Program-made: the position numbers and the translations under genes
Source of the DNA: an uncultured Ignavibacteriales bacterium
Lineage (GTDB): Bacteria > Zixibacteria > MSB-5A5 > GN15 > FEB-12
Length of the DNA stretch: 64,000 nucleotides
Reading direction: 5' to 3'
Assembly: GCA_964520865.1 (NCBI GenBank)
Contig: CAZFOY010000008.1
Coordinates: forward strand, 3,155-67,154
The notes under the pieces: generated by a model
The model's database searches: none
What the model saw: the letters and a program-made list of their open reading frames with translations, nothing else
Told to the model about the DNA's origin: nothing
In this document: positions 29,864 to 37,744 of the stretch, in pieces
Layout: every line of letters begins with the position of its first letter
How positions within the stretch are numbered: the stretch's first letter is position 1

Positions 29864-30298
29864 TTAGGAAACCTTTACTTCGATCTCCTTCGGCTTGACT
29901 TCCTCTTTCTTCGCCAGGGTGATCTCGAGCAGTCCGTTTTTGTACTCGGCCGAGATCTTCTCTGCGTCGATCGTCTCCGGCAGGGTGAAACTGCGGGAGA
30001 AGGAGCCGGTGAAAATTTCGTTGCGGACGAAATCATCTTCCTTCTTCTCGGATTCGAATATCCGTTCGCCTGAGACAGTCAGGGTGTTCTCAGCGATCAT
30101 GATCTTGACATCCTTCTTGTCCATACCGGGCAGCTCGAACGTCAGCCGGACATCATCCTTGGTCTCCCGGATATTGACGCGGGGAGTGAAGTCGTGCTTC
30201 TCGGCGTTGTTGCCCGGGAAGCGGAAGAAGTCGTTCATCAAATCGGTGAAATCCCGATTCAGTCTGTTGGTTGTGACGACGTTAAACATGGTTAACAC
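29864..30298 (-). CDS. Hsp20/alpha-crystallin small heat-shock protein
   Basis: 144 aa with PRVNIRETKDDVRLTFELPGMDKKDV...AEYKNGLLEITL. Confidence 0.93.
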   Translation of the reverse strand: MLTMFNVVTTNRLNRDFTDLMNDFFRFPGNNAEKHDFTPRVNIRETKDDVRLTFELPGMDKKDVKIMIAENTLTVSGERIFESEKKEDDFVRNEIFTGSFSRSFTLPETIDAEKISAEYKNGLLEITLAKKEEVKPKEIEVKVS

Positions 30299-30351
30299 CT
30301 CCGTTTGGTTTTGTATGTTGTCTGACTTTCTTTCTCATCATGCCCGAATAT

Positions 30352-30370
30352 ATATCAACATCCATGCCAA
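30352..30370 (-). promoter_or_regulatory. sigma-54-like -24/-12 element upstream of hsp20 (imperfect -12)
   Basis: Minus strand reads TTGGCAT-GGATG-TTGAT. Spacing is exact, but -12 reads GA rather than GC. About 55 nt upstream of the hsp20 ATG. Confidence 0.3.
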
Positions 30371-30427
30371 ACTCCGTAACCTGTTGTCACCACAAACATT
30401 AACAATTACCGCATATCACCAGCCAGA

Positions 30428-30474
30428 ATGCGCATGCCAATATGACGCATTATCTAAGTCATTATGGCATACGC
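30428..30474. promoter_or_regulatory. 47-bp imperfect inverted repeat flanked by direct CCAGAATG repeats (candidate regulator or enhancer site)
   Basis: Arms tgcgcatgccaatatgac and gtcattatggcatacgca match at 15 of 18 positions, with an 11-nt spacer. CCAGAATG occurs at 30422-30429 and 30480-30487. Confidence 0.4.
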
Positions 30475-30522
30475 ATGAAGCCAGAATGTCAGTCGTCTGC
30501 TGAATTGGCAGATGTGGGAAGA

Positions 30523-32739
30523 TTAGTACTTGGAGAGGATATCGTCGATCGCCCGATTCACCGGCGAACTCTTGAAAAATATCTTCTGGGTGGTCGAGAG
30601 GCCTTCTTTGTAGGCTTTGATTGCCTTGATCGTACCGGGCTTGCCGATACTTCCGAGCGCCTTGATAACGGCCAGTTTGATGTCATCTTTGGAGGCATCG
30701 ATCGAAGTCAGTTTGACCAGCTGCCCCTGATCTTCGAGCAGCGAGATCAGGAATTGATCGGCCTGGTCGCCGCTCACTTTGCCGAGGGCAGCGATAGCCT
30801 TCAGCGTAACGGGCGGATGGGTCCGGGCGAGATCGATAAGCATCGGCGTCATCTCGTGCGTGCCGATCAGGCCGATCGTGATAACGGCGCTTTCACGGAT
30901 CTCTTTCACCGGATCATCGGCCATCATCAGAAGGATATCACACGCCTCTTCCCCGCCGATCTTTTCGAGGGAACTGATGATTTCGCGACGTACCCGGACA
31001 TCGTTGTCGGAAATGCGAAGGCGCAGCGGCACGGCGGCGAGCGGATCGCCGAGCAGTCCGAGGACGAAGATTGAGTTTCTGATGATATACCATTTGTTGT
31101 CGGGGAGTTCATGGCGGCCGGCTTCGCGTTCGAACATCGAATCATCGACCAGGATCTGCGTGAAGACCTTCAACGAAGCTTTACCCAGCTCACCGAGAAT
31201 CTTGAGCGCCTGCTGACGGACTGACCGCTTCGGATGAGAGATGATATTTGACAGCGCCATCGCGACTTCCTCCGAACCGGCGGTAATCAGGATCTGTCGG
31301 ATCAGAGAGGCGGTCTCGAACTCGGCGGCAAGCATTTCATCGATCAGCGCGTTGATCACTTCGGAACGGTTGAAATTGCCGAAGATCTTTTTGATCGCCA
31401 TCGAATCATAGACCGTAACTTCATCTTCGAACTTTCTTCTCTGGGCGATCGCCTTCACCATCTCAAGAAGCAGCTCGTATTTGTGCTCGTTCATGCACTT
31501 TTCCATCAATAGCCAGACCAGCTCGGAATACTCGAAAGATTCCTTACGGTCCCGGATGTTGCCTATGACGAGTTGAATCAAGTTGGTCAGCAGGGAGAGA
31601 TCGGTAACGACATTCAGTTCACCGGTCAGTTCCAGCAGCAGGGTCAGGGCGCGCTGACGGAAATTGGCATCGGCGACACTTAGCATTTCCACCAGATGCA
31701 AGGCTACTTCGAGCGCCTTCTCCTTCTGCCCGGTTTTGAGCAGCCGTCCGAACACTTCCACAAAATCTCTCGTTGAATACGACGAGTGTTGTCCGGCGAA
31801 GACGTTGTTGAGTAAATCATCGATCCGCTGACTCGACTCGATTCTGATCTTACCGGTAGGAGACTCAAGTTCCCGCGCAAGTTCTTCCGGAATGGCGTCC
31901 GAAGCAAAGTGCTTGTTGAGCCGTTTCACGATCTTCATCCGTTCCGGGTGGTACTCGACCATTCGATAGATCGCCAGACTCTGCTCGAGCAGTTCATTGC
32001 GCTTTTTTCCGTCTTCCGAGGTTTTGACTCCGGTAAACAGCTCGATCAATTCATCGCCGATCGCTTCGGGCGAGATCGAAGCCAGTTTCTCAGGAAGGAT
32101 GTACTTTACCAGGTGGTAGTCGTAGTCGATCCCCTGCTTGAGCGCGTAGTCTGCTCCCCTTCGGCTGACTTCGCTCAACCCAAGCAGATCATCGGGCAGC
32201 CGCTGCCAGATCATATTCTTCAGTGAGAAATCGTAGTTCGCGTCGCCACGGAACTGCTTGTTGTCTTCGAACAACTGATAGGCAAGTTCCGAATTCACTT
32301 CAACCGTCTTAATGCGCATCTTGTCGATGAAGGTCGTGAGGAGGTTGGCATGGTCCGCTATATCTACCCGCTGTACGAACCGTCCAAGCACCTTGTCGAG
32401 ATCCGGCGCCGAAAGACCCTGCTTGAAGAGGATGGCGTTGATATCCTGAAGCTGCATGTACTTGATGATTTCCTGCGTGAAGACGCTCTCTTTGAGCCGG
32501 ATATTGATGACGTAGAGGCTGCCGCTTTGCAGGTTGATATTCAGGTAGTTCTTGAGACGAAGAAGCGTCTGGAGCTGGACAAACGGTTTCTCGACCGCGC
32601 GGGTCGAGGAGGGATGGCCGACGCCGTAGATCGAGACTTTCTTGCAGCTCATGGCGAGATCGCGCACGAGTGCATGTACCATTTCATTGAGATTGAGATA
32701 GAGGGTCGCTTCTTTGGTCGGGCTGGCTACCTGGCTCAT
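30523..32739 (-). CDS. HEAT-repeat protein with large uncharacterised N-terminal region
   Basis: C-terminal third has HEAT/PBS-lyase-like repeats (SVRQQALKILGELG, DVRVRREIISSLEKIG, VKEIRESAVITIGLIG). Start placed at the Met preceded by GGAGA. The ORF is open to 32799, and a later ATG at 32682 is possible. Confidence 0.7.
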   Translation of the reverse strand: MSQVASPTKEATLYLNLNEMVHALVRDLAMSCKKVSIYGVGHPSSTRAVEKPFVQLQTLLRLKNYLNINLQSGSLYVINIRLKESVFTQEIIKYMQLQDINAILFKQGLSAPDLDKVLGRFVQRVDIADHANLLTTFIDKMRIKTVEVNSELAYQLFEDNKQFRGDANYDFSLKNMIWQRLPDDLLGLSEVSRRGADYALKQGIDYDYHLVKYILPEKLASISPEAIGDELIELFTGVKTSEDGKKRNELLEQSLAIYRMVEYHPERMKIVKRLNKHFASDAIPEELARELESPTGKIRIESSQRIDDLLNNVFAGQHSSYSTRDFVEVFGRLLKTGQKEKALEVALHLVEMLSVADANFRQRALTLLLELTGELNVVTDLSLLTNLIQLVIGNIRDRKESFEYSELVWLLMEKCMNEHKYELLLEMVKAIAQRRKFEDEVTVYDSMAIKKIFGNFNRSEVINALIDEMLAAEFETASLIRQILITAGSEEVAMALSNIISHPKRSVRQQALKILGELGKASLKVFTQILVDDSMFEREAGRHELPDNKWYIIRNSIFVLGLLGDPLAAVPLRLRISDNDVRVRREIISSLEKIGGEEACDILLMMADDPVKEIRESAVITIGLIGTHEMTPMLIDLARTHPPVTLKAIAALGKVSGDQADQFLISLLEDQGQLVKLTSIDASKDDIKLAVIKALGSIGKPGTIKAIKAYKEGLSTTQKIFFKSSPVNRAIDDILSKY

Positions 32740-33880
32740 GTGATTCTCCAAAACAGAGGATGTATCCTTTGTCGGTCGCAACGTACACGTTGTCTCCATC
32801 GCTTACCGGGGCCTGGGCGATGGCGCCTTTCAACTGCCGTGTCTGAACCACGCTGCCGTCGGTCCGCTTCAGGGAGTACAGTTTGCCCGACATCGTTCCG
32901 AAGATCACGTAATCATCGACTGCGATTGCCGAAGCTCGGATGACGTCGACCGCGTCGTACTTCCACTTCACGCTACCGTCGGAACCGTCGATCGCCGCGA
33001 GCACGCCGCCGCTGTGCCCGACATACACGCTTCCGTTCTCGACTGAAGGTGAAGTCCAGATAGGTCCGTCGAGTTTCGTTTGCCAGCGGATACTTCCCGA
33101 GCCGGGGTCGATACCGACTACGTCACCTTTCATGTCGGTGGCGTAGACCAATTCCCCGACTGCCACTGCGCTCACCATCGGGCCATCGAGCTTCACCCGG
33201 TACAGCTCGGATCCATCCTTGATCTCCAGAGCGTACAGCGTGCCGTCATCGGACGGTTGGTAGAGCCTGCCGTCGGCGAATGACGCCGGCGCAGAGATTC
33301 TTCCATCGACAGTGACACTCCAGATCGTCTTGCCGGAAAACCGGTCAAAAGCGGTAACGGTCTTGCCGGAACCGACAATCAGGAGGTCTTTTACTATTAT
33401 CGACCCGGCGGCGGCATCCTTTACCGGCCTGTCCCATAGCTGCTTGCGGCGAAGCAGGTTGATACATTTGAGCTGGCTGTGGTACGGGCCGACAGCGAAA
33501 TAGCCAAGGCTATCTTCAACTGCCATACCCGTTTGCGGGTTTCCACCCGCCTTCACATAGCCCAGGTATGAGCCGTCCCGAAGAGCATATATCTTAATCT
33601 TGTTTCGGGTCCCCGGGTAGATCAGGTCATTGAAAGCCAGCGTCAGCGGGCCGGCCGGTTTGTCGTTGCTTCTTGTCTCCCAGCGGATGTCGAGTCGGCC
33701 GGAGAATTTTCCGGCCGGCTTGGAGGCTTGCGAAGCCGGCATATCGCGGTACAGCGGCCAGGCACTGTTCAAAGATGCTTCTTCCCGATCCAGCTTGAAT
33801 CGCCGGGTGCAGCCTGGGGCCAGCAGCAGTCCCGCCGCGAGTATTAGTATTATGAATCTGAGCCTGCTCAAAAGTTCCAC
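32684..33880 (-). CDS. PQQ-like beta-propeller lipoprotein (BamB-like)
   Basis: Lipobox LLLAPGC. Repeated ...DG.LYA../G..W... propeller blades. The GTG start overlaps the upstream gene end by 13 nt. Confidence 0.8.
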   Translation of the reverse strand: MELLSRLRFIILILAAGLLLAPGCTRRFKLDREEASLNSAWPLYRDMPASQASKPAGKFSGRLDIRWETRSNDKPAGPLTLAFNDLIYPGTRNKIKIYALRDGSYLGYVKAGGNPQTGMAVEDSLGYFAVGPYHSQLKCINLLRRKQLWDRPVKDAAAGSIIVKDLLIVGSGKTVTAFDRFSGKTIWSVTVDGRISAPASFADGRLYQPSDDGTLYALEIKDGSELYRVKLDGPMVSAVAVGELVYATDMKGDVVGIDPGSGSIRWQTKLDGPIWTSPSVENGSVYVGHSGGVLAAIDGSDGSVKWKYDAVDVIRASAIAVDDYVIFGTMSGKLYSLKRTDGSVVQTRQLKGAIAQAPVSDGDNVYVATDKGYILCFGESHEPGSQPDQRSDPLSQSQ

Positions 33881-36723
33881 CCGAAGAAAAAGTTGAAATG
33901 GGTATGCGGACTGATCGTGTGATAGTCCGTAATCCGACTGAAATCGAATCTCAGCACGACCAGATAGGCGAGGTTTACCCGGAAGCCTGCTCCGATTGAG
34001 CCGAGAAACTGATCGAACTCATCGTCCCACGCCGCTCCGGTGTCGTAAAACAGAGCTCCGCGAATGGCGCTGAAGCCGAGGCCGCCGATCGGAAAACCGA
34101 TCAACAGGTGATCGATAAGCGGGAAGCGAAGTTCGTTTGAGGCAAAGAGAATATTCCGGTTGTAGAAAGCGCGGCGGTCAAACCCACGGAACGACCAGCT
34201 GCCGCCGAAATAGATCCGTTGCGGTTCGAGACCGCTTGAAGCATAAGCGAACAACCGATTGGCGAAAGCCGAGAATCGTCCGAGCCGGAAATAATGCCGG
34301 AGATCTATCGAGAACTGCCGGCTGTAACTTCTCATGTCGTTGAGCGAAGAGGTGATGCCGACCGAAATGTTGTACCGACGGCCGTCGATCGGACCGGATA
34401 TATCCCACAGGGAATTATCGTAGATCCAGCTAACATAGTTGGTCACGAGGAATTTTTCGCGCGACTTCAAACCGTACAAACGGTCTTTCTTTGAGTATCG
34501 CGCAATGGTGGTGAAGTCAACCCGATGAAACTTGGAGATCGGATAGCTGAACAAGGAGATTCCACCCGCCTGTCGCTCGTAGTAGTAGCCGTCATAATCG
34601 TTGTAGTATTCGTCGTATAGGTGGAATATCCCGGCTCCCCAGTTCAACCGGTGTTCCCGGTTGATATAGGTCATTCCGAAATTGAACGACTTAAGCAGAT
34701 CGTCCTTTGTAGTTGCGGTGTTGGTCAGCAGGAAATAGACGGCGTGATTCCCAAGGACATCGGAGAGAGCAACCTGTAGTCCGCCGATCGAACCGTAGAC
34801 GGGGTCATACCCGACCGATGACTGCGCGATATCGAAGGAGTAATTGGTGCGGTATTTGATCGAAGCTTGTCGGTAGTTCGATGCGATCGTAGGCGGCTTC
34901 CACGCCGGGGCTTCAGTCGCCACCGGTTGCACGACCGGCTCGGGAGCTTTCGGCATCTTCATCTTGTAAATCTGGAAGTCAAGATTCTGGTACCCGGTGT
35001 AAATCAGATGATGGCCGTCGGACGAAACGCGTGGATTAAACGCCCCGGTGGCGAAGGTCGATTGTTTGGTCAACGTCCCGGCGCTGTCCAGCAGAAACAG
35101 GTTGAAGGTGCCCGCGCGATTCGATGAAAAATAAATTCCCCGGCCGGTAGGCTCCGGCGTCTCGTCGATATAGTCGCCGAACGTGAGCTGCGTCGTGTTA
35201 CCGTCTTCCAACGACATCCTGAACAAATTCTCGGCACCTTTGTCGCCTCCGCTGCATCGATCCGAAGTAAAGATCACGGAACTACCGTCGAGACTGAAGA
35301 CCGGATCGATATCATAGTAGATGTCGTGAGTCAGGCGGCGATATTTCTCCGTCTCAAGGTCGAGCAGATACAGATCGGCGAATCCGTTTTTCTTGAATCC
35401 GGTGAAGACAACCTGACGGGCGTCGGGAGAAAATCGCGGCGAGCGAATCGCCACCAATTCGTTGAACTCGAACCGCCGCGTGACTTTCCTCTTGCGAATG
35501 TCGTACAGATATATGACGTCGCGTTCCTTTGATTTCGATGAAAATACGACCAGGCCGGAATCATTGGCGTCGATCCCCGACCGGAGAAGGTACAGCGACT
35601 CGTACTTCGAAGAGCGCTCTCCCTTAAGAAGGGTCACCACCTGTTTATTGGCGTGATCCGCCGGCTTCATGTAAAGGCCGGAATAACCGAGGCGGTTCGC
35701 CTTATAGACGATCCAATCCTTGAGTCCGTCGCCATTGTCCCATCGGATCGGCACAGCCTTGACGTTGAAGCCGCTTCCGGTTAGTTTAGACGACTCCATC
35801 TCCGGCAGACCGAGGCTGTCGAGTTCGGGATAATATTTCTTCTTGAGCGAATACTCCCACTTGCGGGAGACCTCAAGGAGGTTGTCACCGAGGGTGGTTT
35901 CGACAACGTCCTCGAACGTCTTTCCTTTGGACCAGTTATCGAACAGCAGCGTCAGTTTGTCGCTGCCGTATTCCGAATCGATAAATCCGCAGATCGACTC
36001 CCCGAGCTTGTACATGAAGAATGTTCCCTGGATTTGATAGAGATTCGGAATGGTGAACAGGTGGCCGTTGATTACCATATCTTTGATAATCATATCCGCC
36101 TGGGTGTCCCATTTCTTCGACCAGTATTCAGCCAGGCCCTCGGTGAACCAGAGCGGCGGATAGCTGAATCGAATCTGACTGCGACGCTCGGTTGCCCAGT
36201 CGAGCTTGGAGAGGGTGAATACATGAACAAGCTCGTGCTGAATGACATGCTTGAAATCGGCGAGCGGTCCGTAAAACGGAACAACCACTCGGCCTTTCAT
36301 GAACTCCGTGAATCCGCCGACCGACTCGGGTATCAGATCCGGAATGACGTTCGTCTGCGAGAAGTAGCCCGGTGACGAGTAGATAATCAGCGGGATTTTT
36401 TTACTCACCTCGTGGTTGAATTTCTCGGCCAGGGTCCGATAGGAATCTTCGGCGTAACGGGCCGCTATCGCCGCCAGATCGGACTCATCGGTATAGAAAT
36501 AGATCTTGAAATGATCGGTCGTCATGACCTGCCAGTCAAAGTCGGTGTACTGGACTTTGTTCTTGCCAAAATAGAATTGCGCCGACGCCGACCCTGAGAA
36601 GAGCAAAAGCGCCATGACCGCCCAGATCAGGATGTTCAACCTTCGGGAGGATCTAAAGACACCTTCGAAACTCAGGAGCGTGGGTTTTATCGACAATTTT
36701 GACCGGGTGGTGAATAACGACAT
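33868..36723 (-). CDS. outer-membrane fusion protein: MA-clan metallopeptidase-like domain + TolB/PD40-type beta-propeller + C-terminal Omp85/surface-antigen-like beta-barrel
   Basis: Signal peptide ...LLLFSGSASAQ. HExxH site VIQHELVHVF. PD40-like repeats (PRFSPDARQVVFTG, DPVFSLDGSSVIFTSDR, PRVSSDGHHLIYTG). About 340 aa of alternating beta pattern ending FNFFFGWNF. Confidence 0.78.
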   Translation of the reverse strand: MSLFTTRSKLSIKPTLLSFEGVFRSSRRLNILIWAVMALLLFSGSASAQFYFGKNKVQYTDFDWQVMTTDHFKIYFYTDESDLAAIAARYAEDSYRTLAEKFNHEVSKKIPLIIYSSPGYFSQTNVIPDLIPESVGGFTEFMKGRVVVPFYGPLADFKHVIQHELVHVFTLSKLDWATERRSQIRFSYPPLWFTEGLAEYWSKKWDTQADMIIKDMVINGHLFTIPNLYQIQGTFFMYKLGESICGFIDSEYGSDKLTLLFDNWSKGKTFEDVVETTLGDNLLEVSRKWEYSLKKKYYPELDSLGLPEMESSKLTGSGFNVKAVPIRWDNGDGLKDWIVYKANRLGYSGLYMKPADHANKQVVTLLKGERSSKYESLYLLRSGIDANDSGLVVFSSKSKERDVIYLYDIRKRKVTRRFEFNELVAIRSPRFSPDARQVVFTGFKKNGFADLYLLDLETEKYRRLTHDIYYDIDPVFSLDGSSVIFTSDRCSGGDKGAENLFRMSLEDGNTTQLTFGDYIDETPEPTGRGIYFSSNRAGTFNLFLLDSAGTLTKQSTFATGAFNPRVSSDGHHLIYTGYQNLDFQIYKMKMPKAPEPVVQPVATEAPAWKPPTIASNYRQASIKYRTNYSFDIAQSSVGYDPVYGSIGGLQVALSDVLGNHAVYFLLTNTATTKDDLLKSFNFGMTYINREHRLNWGAGIFHLYDEYYNDYDGYYYERQAGGISLFSYPISKFHRVDFTTIARYSKKDRLYGLKSREKFLVTNYVSWIYDNSLWDISGPIDGRRYNISVGITSSLNDMRSYSRQFSIDLRHYFRLGRFSAFANRLFAYASSGLEPQRIYFGGSWSFRGFDRRAFYNRNILFASNELRFPLIDHLLIGFPIGGLGFSAIRGALFYDTGAAWDDEFDQFLGSIGAGFRVNLAYLVVLRFDFSRITDYHTISPHTHFNFFFGWNF

Positions 36724-36750
36724 ATTTCTTCTATCGGCCCTCTGCTCTTG

Positions 36751-37740
36751 CTACTGTATAATGCCGGTGTCAAAGTTACACCCGGAGCAGAGCGAACCGC
36801 TAAGTCCTTTAGTTTCTATAGAATAGCCGGTACGGTTGATGAGGAGCTGACCGCAACGAGGACAAAATGTATCTGACCCGCCTTCTACGCGGGCATTTCC
36901 AATATAAACGTATTTGAGGCGGCTTTGTGCAATCTCTCTGGCGCGCAACAGGGTAGCTATCGGAGTCGGTGGAGCGTCCAGCTCGTAGTCGGGATGAAAC
37001 GCAGAGAAATGAAGCGGAACATCCGGTGAAACCGAGGCGACAAAATCGACCAGCCCGGAAATGTCCTCCTCCGAGTCGTTCTTTCCCGGAATCACGAGGT
37101 TCGTCAACTCCAGATGCACTCCGGCTTCGAATACCGTCTTTATCGTTTCCAGTACCGGCTCGAGCTTTCCTTTGCAGACTTTCAGGTAGAACTCAGGGCG
37201 AATTCCTTTGAGATCGATGTTCATCGCATCCACATGGCCGACCAGTTCACGCAGTGGATCGGGATTGATATATCCGTTCGTGACGAGCACCGTCTTCAGA
37301 CCTGTCTCACGGAGCAACGGAGCCGTGTCCATCAGGTATTCAAACCAGATCATCGGCTCGGTGTAAGTAAAGGCAACGCCGATGGAATTGTGCTGCCGGG
37401 CAGCGTCGACAAGGCGGTCCGGAGTGAAGAACATAGTCCGAACCTTTTGTTGCGAGATGGTCCAGTTTTGACAATTCACGCAGGCGAAATTGCAGCCGTT
37501 AGCACCGGTTGACAGAATTTCCCGGCCCGGATGGAAGTGGTAAAGCGGCTTCTTTTCAATCGGGTCGACCGCGACCGTCACCAGCTCACCGTAGTTGTCG
37601 GTGAACAGCTCTCCCCCTTTGTTCATACGTGCGCCGCAGATCCCGACTTTACCTTCGGTCAAGCTACAGAACGCCGGACAAAGCGTGCACCGGACCACGT
37701 CATCGTGGAGCTTTTCGTAATATCTCGCAGATTTTACCAT
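36751..37740 (-). CDS. AmmeMemoRadiSam-system radical SAM enzyme
   Basis: N-terminal CTLCPAFC...GICG auxiliary Cys cluster and the GCNFACVNCQNW CxxxCxxC motif. Start set at the Met 4 nt after the upstream stop; the ORF is open to 37776. Confidence 0.82.
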   Translation of the reverse strand: MVKSARYYEKLHDDVVRCTLCPAFCSLTEGKVGICGARMNKGGELFTDNYGELVTVAVDPIEKKPLYHFHPGREILSTGANGCNFACVNCQNWTISQQKVRTMFFTPDRLVDAARQHNSIGVAFTYTEPMIWFEYLMDTAPLLRETGLKTVLVTNGYINPDPLRELVGHVDAMNIDLKGIRPEFYLKVCKGKLEPVLETIKTVFEAGVHLELTNLVIPGKNDSEEDISGLVDFVASVSPDVPLHFSAFHPDYELDAPPTPIATLLRAREIAQSRLKYVYIGNARVEGGSDTFCPRCGQLLINRTGYSIETKGLSGSLCSGCNFDTGIIQ

Positions 37741-37744
37741 CGTG

